NCBI RefSeq assembly: GCF_964355755.1
Contig: NC_092678.1
Coordinates: 12,150,352 to 12,214,351, forward strand
Length of the DNA: 64,000 bases
Direction of reading: 5' to 3'
Source of the DNA: Antedon mediterranea
Taxonomy: Eukaryota; Animalia; Echinodermata
The notes beneath the pieces were generated by a model. The model had not been told where the DNA came from and searched no databases. It saw only the letters and a program-made list of their open reading frames with translations. Positions within the stretch are counted from its first letter, which is position 1. Each line of letters opens with the position of its first letter. The position numbers and the translations under genes were made by a program. Shown one piece after another: positions 12,040-25,597 of the stretch.

Positions 12040-15000
12040 TTAACGTCCATTCATATCTCCATAACTTACGAACATCCGTTCTAGAAAAGATTAATACAGT
12101 GTAAGTAAATTTATTAAAGTTATAATATGTTCATTTTTGATGCAGTTATTATTCAAGAAATTGATAATAATATTATAATATGACCGCAATGCTATATAAA
12201 TTGAATTTTGTTGACAAAAGTGAGGGATCCAAGATTTTGATTTAGGGGGACCGATGGCCTAAAATTGTAATATGAAGACATGAAGGTAATATGAACATAT
12301 ATTATGTCCTTTCTTTTGCATTGTAATTTTTAAATTTTCCCTCACCACCATGGACAATGTTGCTGATTAGTATTCTAACTCATGATATCAACAGTTCAGT
12401 GTGTAGGCGTAATAATTACTGGCCCTACGAGATGAATGGGTGTGTGTTTTACCTTTAGATAGTGTAGTAAAAACTGTATTTTGCCAAAAATAAATTAGAA
12501 AATAATCGCCTCTATATTACAACATCAATTGTGATGGCGGTAATGATTACAATGCTAAAGATAATGATAAATGTAGGTATAAATTGAGTTCATGCAAAAC
12601 ATAAGTCGTACGTGGTGGTGGAGGTCGTGGTGGAGGTTGTGGTGGATAGCAGATGAAATCCTGGCCACTAGATACACAATCATATCCAATTCCACATGGG
12701 CTTGGTTGACATGGGTCTACATCCGTCTCTATAGTATCAAACAAATCAAATGTAATCAATATACAGTATATATTCATTTTTTTTAATGGAAGAGGAGAAA
12801 AATTCTTCGCCTTGCAAAATTAGCTGATACGTGAGAAAAAAAAAAAAAATGAAAAAAGAAAAATGTTACCGTAGGTGCAGACTTACAAAAGTTGACATAA
12901 CTTATACATAATAAGTTTAATAGGGATTACAACTAAATAAGATAAAGCAAAATATAAATAAGGCCTAAAGAAATGAGTAAGCAGGTACTGTTTATACTGT
13001 GACGTAGGAACCAATACGTTTATTTTACAGTTTAAATATTAAGGGTAGGAGAACGTTTAATAGTTCATCTAATGAATTCCAGTTCCAGTTTTTGATCGGT
13101 TTAGTTAATTGATTGGCGTATAATATTGGAGTTGGATGGAATATTTAGCCTATCGGTTGACGTGTATTAATGGCCGATTATTTTTAGGTGGATAGAGTTA
13201 CTAAAGGATGATATTTAAAGAGATCATTACTATAACCATATGCTACATTTTTATTCTAGGCATACTCTAGCCATGAGCGTCCCCACACAATTCCACGTTG
13301 TAACTGAGGTTTTGAACGTAAGTATTCTTCATCTATATATAAATTTACGTACGTCACTTCTAGAATGTTTACTCGACTAGTATATAAAGTTGGTTCGTAC
13401 TTTCGGTACTGATTATAACCACCAGTTTACTAATTAAATTGAGTTAGATAATTAGTTTAAAACGAATTTAGGCTCAAAGATTTGCCCCAAATAAGGGTGT
13501 TTTCCGATCGTAGTATACACTGTTTAATGGATGTCCATCTTGAAAAATACCCGCACACAATAATACGAGGAGGCTTCGCATTTACCTACGATAATGTTTT
13601 TAACAGCTGCAAACCGGTTGAACAGCTCGAGTACATCATCATTATGTTGAAGACACACCGATTTTCTTTAAAAGATACTATGCTGATAGATTTAATATTC
13701 GTTTATACAAATGTATTGATTTGCGATGAATGGAACATTCCAATCTCTCAGTCTCAGTATAACTATTTGGTTTAACACAAGTAGGTAAATTTATGGGTCC
13801 TTTAGATATAGTATTACAATAATTTTAAAATACTGTAAATACGTATTAACTCATTTTGGTCGCCATTGAATCGCAACTTTCTTACTATGAGTGTGGGTAC
13901 TGGTAGATATATAAACACATATACAAATAACATTTATTACTGTGACTGTGGGTACTGTTATATAAACACATACTATACAAATAAACTTTATTACTGACAT
14001 TTGCTTCTCAACGTTTGTATTAATTAATAATTATAAAAAATATAAACGTCGTAGTGGTTTACATGTACTTTACTATTTCAACGACTGACAGTGAGGGGTT
14101 TAACAAAGTATTAAATCGCAAATGTTTTACTATATTTAGTGGTATGTTATTTATAGGCCTATAAAACATGAAAACATAATATTTCGTTACCAAGTGAATA
14201 AAGAATATATTTAAAAATTGTAACCATCCTCTTGCCTATCCCTAATTGTATATACAAAACACAAATTGGTTTTGTTTAAACGAGTCCAAATCAAAAATTT
14301 GGACTCATTTTGTGACAAGTTTCTATTTCGGAAGTAATTCCCAGGGTGCTAATTTTAGTTGACTACATAAATCATCGGGTCTATTTATTTGTTTCTGTAA
14401 ACGACAAAACATATGTATTATACTGTTCCTACAAGTCACATTCATCGTATTCGGGATTGTCAATGTTGGACCACTTATCGTCCGCCGGATAGTACTAGTG
14501 ATTATTTTGATAAAATAATTGATATTATTGAAATGGCATCAGCTGAAAACAAGGAAATGATTATTCTGAGTGATCTAAATATTGATTATAAATTTGATGA
14601 GGATCTATATAAGAACCCAGTCAATTTGATCGAAAATATGTTCTCTCTGCAACAATTAATTACCAAACCAACATGAGTTACTCAAATGACGTCAACTTGT
14701 ATTGACCTTATTCTCAGCTCAATACCTGACCAATATTCTATAAGTGACGTAGCTAAAGTTGCTCTCAGTGATCATTTCGTGGTATATACTTATTTGAAGT
14801 CAATTAAGGAACCTATTAAACATAAAACTGTTACTTTTAGAAATTTCAAAAACTTTGACAAAAATGCATTTATCAATGATATACGGGAATGGGAATCAGT
14901 ACAAAATATCGAAATTTCCTTAGATATAAATGAAATGTGGACAAATTGGCGGAATTCATTCTTAGCTATTTGTAACAAGCATGCACCATTCAGAACAACA

Positions 15001-15794
15001 TACCCCATGGATGTCACCCGATATTATTAAGTTAATATAAACGTGATTATTGTAAGACACTATCCGACAGGCACAAAACACAACACCATCTACAAGAATT
15101 TTGTAGAATTAGAAATTTAATGAATAAGAGTATTAAGGAAATAGGAAACAAATTTAAAAATGACCCAAAACAGCTGTGGTGCGAACTAAATCAAATTACT
15201 GGTCAATCAAAGGAGAGACAGTCAATTCATCCCGAATTCACCGCGTTGGAGTTGAGAATCGAATCACACTGAAATCGTCTATCTAGTCTGTCGCCATAAA
15301 ATTACGGTTCGATTTTACGCTAAATTGTTCTAGCCTTTAAAGGCGCTGCGCAAAAAAACACCAAATAATAAATGCGGTCAGTAGGCTATAGGCCTAGAGG
15401 TAAATATTTAGGCTTATCTTTCATTCAAACGGAATTAAAAGACAAGAATTTACTTAGATGTTATAGAAAACAAATAATGAATGTTTTTATATCCGTGCTA
15501 TGGTACTTTGAGTGACAAAGTAAATATATAATATCTTATAATAAATTTGGTTTACTAGAACTTGCTAAAGCATTGTATGTTATTACTGTTTGCGCCAATA
15601 ACAGTACACTATTTTATGATGACGGGTCTGCCTACTGTACCCAACATTACCTAAGTTAATGCAGGTTAATTTGAATGTAATAAAGAAACTATAAATTAAG
15701 AGAGGAGACTCCACTAACCGCCATCTGTTGCAGTAGCTTCAAATATTACGTTTGTTAAAAGAAGAAACACGAAAGTCATCAGAACTCGAGCCAT
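12040..15794 (-). CDS. small secreted Cys/Pro-rich peptide, family copy A (77 aa, or 88 aa with the microexon)
   Basis: exons 15794-15719 MARVLMTFVFLLLTNVIFEATATDG, 12728-12612 ETDVDPCQPSPCGIGYDCVSSGQDFICYPPQPPPRPPPP, optional 12452-12420 RKTHTHSSRRA, 12080-12040 (Q/K)RMFVSYGDMNGR*; all GT-AG and phase 1; probable non-coding exon 1 ends at 17629. Confidence 0.75.
13334..14406 (+). repeat. ~1.1-kb dispersed repeat, copy 2 (inside a gene A intron)
   Basis: colinear with 5416-6592. Confidence 0.85.
14460..15250 (+). mobile_element. degenerate LINE (CR1/L2-like) endonuclease fragment
   Basis: APE motifs YRPP, DLN, TSTCIDLI, SDH followed by RNFKNFD, broken by stops. Confidence 0.8.
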
Positions 15795-17229
15795 CTTCTG
15801 AGACAAATCTGCTGCAATAGAATAATAATATAAATTATAATTATAGTCTATAATATAATAAGTAATCTAATAATTTAAATTGAGAGATAACCCTAGCTAC
15901 TCCTTGGTTTTAAAAACTAAAAATAGATAGTTTTCCTTTAATATTTTTATAAAAACAATTTACAGCTACTTTGCATTATTTCTATCTAATCGTTTTACAT
16001 CCAGTGTAAAACGGAGTATATCTTGTTTAAATATTTCTGAGGATTGTTCTTTAAATTGTTATCCATTGTTTAATGCACATGTCTAGACGTATTATTTTAA
16101 TTACTGAATAAATAAAAAATATTAAGTAGTCAAAATAAGCGGTTCCACTTGTTGCTTTGTATTAAGTTATGGTCTAGAACAATAAAATAGCAGATATTTA
16201 ATTGGTCGATTTTTTCACTGAAATAGCCTATAAAAGAAGCGTTTAAGCACATTTGAGGTCTATCTAGATCTAATTTTTACGGAGTTCGTGTATACAAGTT
16301 TAAGGTAAATGTTGTGTTCAATTGGTTGTAATAATTATGGTAGAACTACAATGTGAAATATATTTTATTGTGTGTCTTATATTTTTGTTCAATAGATTGG
16401 TCAAAATAAACCAAGAACTTATGAAGCAAGTAGAAGCTACATTTCCGAGGTCACCTTTTTAAAACCACTGAGAAAGTGATGACGATTGGTTGTTAGCGTT
16501 GGATACACCAATACTATTAAGAGGAAAAAGAGTATAGGCCTGAATATGATAGAAGAGAATAAAGTACTTTTCAGCATTTGTTAAAGTTTGTTCTTGTCTT
16601 TCTTCTTAGGCAATGAAGGAAAGAAACATTTTAGTCTAGTTCTAGTCAAAATTTAACCTTTTTCACACTTGTAAAATGTAATAACTTGTAACAAGTTGTA
16701 ACCAGGTTTGCTGGAAAATGTGAAAAAGATATTAGTGCTAAAAATTTAAATAAAACGTATGATATACCGGTTTATATAATTTCAAAATATGTGGATGAGA
16801 ATATTATAGATAACATGGTCCTGATGAAGTTCAATGTTCTGAGGAAGTATATTATCTGTAGACAAATACAATTTTCATCAGGTTTTGTGGTTTGGAATAT
16901 TTTAATTGTCGGTATACATTATGCATGATCATCTGTTGTGTGATGGCCATATATCTTTTCACATTTTCTGTGTGACTTTGTTGTCTCACATTTATTTGGG
17001 ATTTTTCATTGTAAGTTTTCATTATAATAGCCTCAGACATCATATATATGTTTTCTCAATTGTAAGTACTCATGCACCCCCCACAGTTAAGCGTACAGAG
17101 ATTTGTCTTTTTTACTTAGGCCTATTACGTAAAGATTGCTCAGTACTCAGTGTTCGCCGGCTTTAGAAAATTGTCTCCTATCTTTAAACACTAGCGGGTC
17201 AGAACATAATACTAAAAAAGAGGTCTAGA

Positions 17230-17404
17230 AGTAGGACTGTGGTCCGGATTGCCTCCAAAATGTAATGGATTTGTCCTTGACATCATATCTATCTGTATTT
17301 TCGTTTTGGTAAAGATCTTGCAATAACACGCGATCGATTACATGCTAACAAACAAGCGGACAGACATACGCGATCGATTACATATACCTCCTTAGCGGAG
17401 GTAA
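17230..17404 (+). mobile_element. short interspersed repeat with a Helitron/Helentron-like 3' hairpin
   Basis: ends in the hairpin ACCTCCTTAGCGGAGGTAAA; superfamily assignment is tentative. Confidence 0.35.
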
Positions 17405-20400
17405 ATTATAGGTTTCATATTTAACTAATGGTAAAATAAAGCATTAATAATGTGTATGGGATCGATATATCTTCTGCTAAATATGTGCGAGTGTTTCTGT
17501 ACCGTCCGTATATGACTAGACAGAAATCAGAACTGGCATGTTTATTATGGCTTTTTTGAAAAGAACAATATTTCATTTATTAAAAACAATATTGGCTTCA
17601 GATTGAAAAATAATTAACTCAGGCTTACCTGACAAAACAGAATGATGTAACATCTAAACGAATGAATTGAAATGTCTGTACACAACATGTAGGCCTGTAT
17701 ATTAATAAGCCAATGGTAATCATCAACTCATTAAATTTTAACCTTGTGGTTTTATGTACAAAGATAATACAATAAAAATAAAATTAACATGTTTGTCTCA
17801 AGTAAAATTTACATAATAATTACATCAAATTTTTAAAGAATAATTCATATATCACAAATAAATCATTATTTTGATAAATCGAAAATGCTAATGTCTCAAT
17901 AAATCATTGTGCTTAACCAGTCCTTATTAATAAAACATGTTAATTGTTAAACTGATTCAATTCAACATCAAATACTGCTGACCTTTATATTATTACAGTT
18001 TTTCTTTATTGATATTCTGATTGACATTTTTATTCTGTTTTAACAGTACAAAGGTAAACTAGATTTAATTCGTCACTATGACGATTTATAGATTATATGC
18101 ATTGATATAAATAAAGATAATTTATTTTTAAAAAGATATATTGATTGATTGATTTTGTTAGAATCTTTAATTATTTATAATATATGAAGATAGGATCTTG
18201 GTAACGCAAACACAATAGACATAAGTTACTTTTTTTTCTCCTGTAGATTTTATTCATTTCATTTCATTCATTATTTGAGTTTAAGAGTGAATAAAATATG
18301 ATGAAATTGATGATGAAAGGTTGTAAAACAAAAATCGGGCAAAAGGAGTGCGTGTTACCGTTTAATGCGCAGTGCGCGTACCAAAATCTGCGAACTAATT
18401 GTTAACACTTAAAATTGCCTGAAAATTTAAGCACTCGTACGCATGCGTTATATGCGAGTACCAAATTTGGTTTAATTCTTGTGAAGATATTATTACAAAC
18501 GTGATTTCATAAAATTGGACGTAGACCGCGTAATTGTTGATTGCGTACACCATGAAAAGCTTAGTACATCGATTCCTGGCCATAAGGTCTACTGAAAAAT
18601 TGATGTAGCTTGATTAAATTGATCTCAAAATTATGCTAAGGATAAGTAAAGATTCTGACAAAATCAATAAGGTTAGGCCTATATTTCATGATAATGCATA
18701 TAATGATGAACGAACGACTTTAAATTATATTCTTTCCCTCTGTAGACCTCTAACTTTTCCATTTTGTTTCTTTGTGGCTTTATTTTAAACAGGGTTACAA
18801 AAATAAACAAAATCAACCAACATTAGTGTTTGTACTAATTTTTTATTTAGACCGTGAGCAATATCTGGCATATTATTGAAAAGCTGGTTTACAGCCATTT
18901 ATTTACATTTACAAAATGTAATAAAACATTTTATTAAATTTAGCCTAATCATGTTTGCAAAGTGTAAGAGTATCAATTAATGCTCTATGTTTTGATAATA
19001 CTGAATAAGGATCATACCAAGTAATAAGGGAAAGAAGAAGATTGCTACATTTGAAGGTGGAGATGGACAATACACGTTTTTAAGACTGTGATTTGGCAAT
19101 CAAAGATGGGAAATGACAGTAATGTATCGCGCACTGCAATCGGCAAAACGATCGTACTTTTTCTAATCTGTGTGTGGGAACCGTCACAGACGATGTTTAA
19201 TTTAGACTTGCGTCCAATGCGTATATATAGTTAGTATTTTATTTGTAATAGAAGAGGGGAGGTCGCATCACCAAATCCCCCCGCCAGCCCCCACCTCCTT
19301 CCCCCCCCCCCAAAAAAAAAGAAAGCTGAGATGAAAACAACTGATTGAGAAGAAAAAGTAAAATCGAGGGCTTTGGAGGGAGAAAAGCTGAAGAATTTCA
19401 CTTTTCAATGCATTTACATGTGACACACAATTGAATACATGATCGTTTGCGCTGTATTTGCAATTATTATTTTGAGTTCCAACGATACACATTCCGAAAA
19501 GCTCCAATGACCTCTTTCGAGTTCATCACAGAGTGTTCAAGAGATCATCATTTCAGACAATAAACATTCTTTTTAGTATTAAGTGAAATTAAATAGCCTA
19601 AATTTCACATCAAACTTTATGAAACTATTTTTTAGGGATATTGTAATATATTGTTATGAGGTTTCTGACTTGTAATGAAGACTCTACTCGCTTGACTGTA
19701 GTAGTAACACATATATTATTTATTCAATAATACGTTATATACTCAATACAATTCAATACAACTAGAAACAGGAATAGAGGATACAGTGATGCTGTCGGTG
19801 AGGTGTGAGGTGTGTAGGGCTGCTTCTGGAGAAGTGGCTGTGAGGTGTGTAGGTCTGCTTCTGGAGAAGTGGCTGGGAGGTGTGCCTGGGCTCTTCTGAA
19901 ACTTGGGGGTATATTGGCTCAGTTCATTAGCATATGTCATTACATTTATGGAGCTAATGATTGGTCTTAAGTTAATCCAGGGGTGTTTAAGTGGGAGTGA
20001 TTGATCTTATCTGGGGAGGTTACAATGATGAATTGGCGCTGTCGAATTTCTGCTTAAAACTGTCAATATCTAATTGTTTTACGATGGGAACGGTTAGGAA
20101 GGTCAAATAAACTGTTTACTTTTGGGATTTAACTATGAACTAAATGGACTAAATGTACTTTTGAAACATCTGGACAAACTCTCTTCTGGACTTTCTGGGC
20201 CAAGTTTGTGAACTTATTTGAATCCTAATACAAAGGTTGATTTGTTAATTATAAATGTATATCATTATATTACAATATGTATTGTTTTTGTTTATTTGTC
20301 TGTTTCTCTATTTGTTTCATACACTTTAATTTAATAGTTTTTAAGAAAAAATGCAAAATAAAACAAATTAAAATAAATTTAGTAATTTTGTTTCTTAAAT

Positions 20401-20832
20401 TTAGTTTGGATATGAAAACAAATTTAGGCTATACTATACTAATTTTACAGAAATATAAGTTTGTGAACAGAGAAAAACATACTGTAAGTTTGACAAAAAA
20501 CTTTAAGGAATGGTCAGCAGGTTTTCTAAATTAAACCTAAGTTAATCTATATAAACGTAAAATATTACCAATCTATTTAGAGAAGACACCATATTTCAAT
20601 ATTGATGAAGTCAAATACACAACAGAATAACCTAAGTAGCAACAATGTACTGCAGTACATCAATCATAAAAAATGTAAACAGACAGCTTACTTGCCATAC
20701 ACCAAGATACCTCTTAAGATTCGATTTACAATTAAAATTGGATAAACCTTTTCAATAAAGAAGATATAAAGAAAATTCAGGCTATTAACATTTACTTAAA
20801 AATGAATGAGAAAGTTTGTAGATTTAGTTGAA

Positions 20833-23372
20833 CTAACGGTGATTATCCCCAATACTTAGAAACATCCCACGACCTGAAAAAGGTAAATAATTTTATTATA
20901 GATAAGCACTAATGTATTTAGATTTTTTGAGATTGACAAATCTCAATATTCATTGATTATAATGATTATCAATGAATATGTAGGTAATAATGATTATCAA
21001 TGAATATGTTTGATTGCAATCATCAACACTGTCAACAATGATAATGCTTAAAATGATAAATGTATAATGAATGACAAATTCCTGATTACAGTACATGAAA
21101 TCGACCATAATCAAAGTGTCCACATAAACAATGTACTGGAGAATACAGTTACCTAGGGTAAAGGGTTGGCGGGAGTGTTGAATGCAGCTATATAAAAACG
21201 TATTGAATATAGTAATGTTGTAGCACTATGACCGATGTCGAGTATAACATCAGTATAGCATACGAATGTCGAGTATAATATACGAAGCCGAGTATAACAT
21301 ACGAATGCCGAGTATAACATACGAATGCCGAGTATAACATACGAATGCCGAGTATAACATACGAATGCCGAGTACAACATACGAATGTCGAGTATAACAA
21401 ACGAATGTCGAGTATAACATACGAATGTCGAGTATAACATCGGATGTCGAGTATAACATACGAATGTCGAGTATAACATACGAATGCCGAGTATAACATA
21501 CGAATGTCGAGTAAAACATACGAATGTCGAGTATAACATACGAATGTCGAGTATAACATACGAATGTCGAGTATAACATCGGATGTCAAGTATAACATAC
21601 GAATGTCGAGTATAACATACGGATGTCGAGTATAACATACGAATGTCGAGTATAACATACGAATATCGAGTATAACATACGAATGCCGAGTATAACATAC
21701 GAATGTCGAGTATAACATACGAATGTCGAGTATAACATACGAATGTCGAGTATAACATACGAATGTCGAGTATAACATACGAATGTCGAATATAACATAC
21801 GAATGTCGAGTATAACATCGGATGTCGAGTATAACATACGAATATCGAGTATAACATACGAATGTCGAGTATAACATACGAATGTCGAGTATAACATACG
21901 AATGCCGAGTATAACATACGAATGTCGAGTATAACATACGAATGTCGAGTATAACATACGAATGTCAAGTATAACATACGAATGCCGAGTATAACATACG
22001 AATGTCGAGTATAACATACGAATGCCGAGTATAACATACGAATGTCGAGTATAACATCGGATGTCGAGTATAACATACGAATATCGAGTATAACATACGA
22101 ATGCCGAGTATAACATACGAATGTCGAGTATAACATCGGATGTCGAGTATCACATACGAATATCGAGTATAACATACGAATGTCGAGTATAACATACGAA
22201 TGCCGAGTATAACATACGAATGTCGAGTATAACATACGAATGTCGAGTATAACATCGGATGTCGAGTATAACATACGAATGCCGAGTATAACATACGAAT
22301 GCCGAGTATAACATACGAATGCCGAGTATAACATACGAATGCCGAGTATAACATACGAATGCCGAGTATAACATACGAATGCCGAGTATAACATACGAAT
22401 GCCGAGTATAACATACGAATGCCGAGTATAACATAAGAATGCCGAGTATAACATACGAATGTCGAGTATAACATACGAATGCTGAGTATAACATACGAAT
22501 GCCGAGTATAACATACGAATGCCGAGTATAACATACGAATGCCGAGTATAACATACGAATGTCGAGTATAACATACGAATGTCGAGTATAACATACGAAT
22601 GTCGAGTATAACATACGAATGCCGAGTATAACATACGAATGCCGAGTATAACATACGAATGTCGAGTATAACATACGAATGTCGAGTATAACATACGAAT
22701 GTCGAGTATAACATACGAATGTCGAGTATAACATACGAATGTCGAGTATAACATACGAATGTCGAGTATAACATACGAATGTCGAGTATAACATACGAAT
22801 GTCGAGTATAACATACGAATGTCGAGTATAACTTGAATTATTAAAATAAACAGTGAACAAACCGTACGTTTTTTGGGTCTTTCCGTGCAGCTGCCAGAAT
22901 CGACATTACATGTAAATCCAGCCTCACATGTATTTGGTTCACATGGGCTTTCTATAACAAAAAAATTAACAAGTATATTTTCAAAACCAATAATAGTAGT
23001 TTAAGGTAAATGTTTAGTAACATTGTATCTTTACCAAATGCCTAGTAATTAACCTTTTGGATCAGTCACTTGAAACATCTCTTTATTGTATAATTATTAA
23101 GCATATTGCTATTTAATATAGATAGTAACCAGTGATTATAATATAGACCTACCCTTTCGTAACCATGATAGTTGTGTTTAAATATAGCACTATGTTAACA
23201 GTATTTTAATATTTATTGATTGATTCTTTTCTAGCTGTAAATAGTATATCATCAACATATTAAAAAATATAGCATGAACATAATACTACTAACCGCCTTC
23301 TTGTGCGGCAACTTCAAACATTAAATTTGTTACAAGCAGGAATACTATAGCAATCAATACTACTCGAGCCAT
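20833..23372 (-). CDS. small secreted Cys-rich peptide, family copy B (67 aa)
   Basis: exons 23372-23294 MARVVLIAIVFLLVTNLMFEVAAQEG, 22951-22868 ESPCEPNTCEAGFTCNVDSGSCTERPKK, 20873-20833 RRGMFLSIGDNHR*; canonical splice sites, all phase 1. Confidence 0.75.
21236..22832. repeat. 20-bp minisatellite (~80 copies) in a gene B intron
   Basis: unit GTCGAGTATAACATACGAAT with GCC/GTC and 19-bp ...CATCGGAT variants. Confidence 0.97.
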
Positions 23373-23530
23373 CTTCTGAAAATAAAAAAAAACCTGTAAA
23401 AATGATTATTCATTAGTTTATCATTAAATGTAAACAAAATAAAAATACTAAAGTCTTAATATGATTATGCTTCATCACATTTTGTGTCTTTGTTTCGTGT
23501 CAACCTCGACGTCTATTTTGTTCTTTTCCT

Positions 23531-23778
23531 TATGCTGCTGTGAATGTTGGCTTGGCCTCTTGGTTTCTGTGTTGTCCGTTATCGTCATCCTATTATGCTG
23601 CTGTGAATGTTGGCTTGGCCTCTTGGTTTCTGTGTTGTCCGTTATCGTCATCCTATTATGCTGCTGTGAATGTTGGCTTGGCCTCTTGGTTTCTGTGTTG
23701 TTCCTTTACGTCATCCTATTATGCTGCTGTAAATGTTGGCTTGGCCTCTTGGTTTCTGTGTTGTCCGTTATCGTCATC
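23531..23778. repeat. 63-bp tandem repeat (~4 copies)
   Basis: unit TATGCTGCTGTGAATGTTGGCTTGGCCTCTTGGTTTCTGTGTTGTCCGTTATCGTCATCCTAT. Confidence 0.95.
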
Positions 23779-24730
23779 TTATTATTGTCATTGTTGAATA
23801 ACGATAGAAAAGACCAACTTTACGATAAAAAAGATATCATTGTTAGGCAATTCGCTTAGTGCATAGTTTCTTTCTACCCGTCGTATTTCTCCATCCACTG
23901 AGACATCTTGTTAATTTGCCAGTAAATAGAAATTTTACGAACATTTTATGACGTTTTTACGTACTGTAAGAGAAAAATATGTACTTACACTGCTTTGAGA
24001 TTTCATCAAAACAAAGCAATCGAATACTTCACAGGACTGACGATCAGTTTTGAATAATTGTTTTAGAATAACAAGGCAAATTTAGTAGGCCTACAATCCT
24101 AGCTGAAGAAGTAATCGATGTGATTGTTTGTACACGTAAACGCATTTCTATATTTGCATATGCAATCTTTATTTTATGGGTTTTATGTCAAAAATTAGTA
24201 TACCAAAATAGCATTTTTGTAATAAATACAATTTACGTAAGAATTATATAATTGAAGAATAAACTACTAATTTGTCGTAAAAAAATGCCAAAACTATAAA
24301 TGTGTAGGTGACTGCATATTAATAAAACATTTTTAAAAATTAAAATATTTATTTCAAATTTATTTGATATATTTTACAAAGTTGACTAATAGATTTTAAA
24401 AACAGATGTAGCCAAAACAATTGTATTATATCTTTTGTGAAAGGTTACTGATTAATCTGATGTAAAACACGAGCCAAAAGAATAAATTAGTGGAGGTGAA
24501 TATTGTCATTATGTCAAATACAGTATTGTTCTAAATAATGTAAATATAAAACATATCATGAGTTAAAATTATTCAATATTCAAACATATAGTTTTTTATT
24601 TTTATTTGATATCTGACAGATTTTTTCCCTGTTTTAACGCTAAAGAAATAACATCTTTCTGTTTGCATTTTGTATGTTTGTCACGAACGATAGAACGTAG
24701 AGAACATTACAATTAAAAGTATAATTAATT

Positions 24731-25360
24731 AATATTATCAGCAAATGTCTGTATTCAGGTGTGTAATATTATCAGCAAATGTTTGTATACAGGTGTGTAA
24801 TATTATCAGCAAATGTCTGTATACAGGTGTGTAATATTATCAGCAAATGTCTGTATACAGGTGTGTAATATTATCAGCAAATGTTTGTATACAGGTGTGT
24901 AATATTATCAGCAAATGTTTGTATACAGGTGTGTAATATTATCAGCAAATGTTTGTATACAGGTGTGTAATATTATCAGCAAATGTCTGTATACAGGTGT
25001 GTAATATTATCAGAAAATGTCTGTATACAGGTGTGTAATATTATCAGCAAATGTCTGTATACAGGTGTGTAATATTATCAGCAAATGTTTGTATACAGGT
25101 GTGTAATATTATCAGCAAATGTTTGTATACAGGTGTGTAATATTATCAGCAAATGTTTGTATACAGGTGTGTAATATTATCAGCAAATGTCTGTATACAG
25201 GTGTGTAATATTATCAGCAAATGTCTGTATACAGGTGTGTAATAAATTTCAGCAAATGTCTGTATACAGGTGTGTAATATTATCAGCAAATGTCTGTATA
25301 CAGGTGTGTAATAAATATCAGCAAATGTCTGTATACAGGTGTGTAATATTATCAGCAAAT
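24731..25360. repeat. 34-bp minisatellite (~18 copies)
   Basis: unit AATATTATCAGCAAATGTCTGTATACAGGTGTGT. Confidence 0.97.
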
Positions 25361-25597
25361 TTCTGTATTTCTTTGTCAGCAGTCGATCACGTCTTCCTGG
25401 ATTTGGTCTTTGCCAATTACAATATTATCTTATCCTATGAACATGGCTTGGTCTAATACAAATGATCGTCGGATATACGTTTTGGTACAAACTCCAGCCC
25501 AACGGGTGGTAGCGAACGATCAATCAATCTGCTTCCTTGTCTATAAGGTTGATTTGAGGCGCAATTACTACATTTCTCAACAACTATCTCAACCAAT

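Noticed and set aside
21244-21287. loxP-like string ATAACATCAGTATAGCATAC...TATACGAAG
   Set aside because: Decayed edge of the 20-bp array; arms and spacing do not form a 34-bp lox site
21153-22860. Long ORFs (up to 553 aa) and a CRISPR-like appearance
   Set aside because: Artefact of a stop-free 20-bp tandem repeat; no unique spacers and no cas genes; eukaryotic intron
23461-23859. Hydrophobic Cys-rich ORF (LLCCCECWLGLL repeats)
   Set aside because: Translation of a 63-bp tandem repeat just upstream of copy B's signal exon, on the opposite strand
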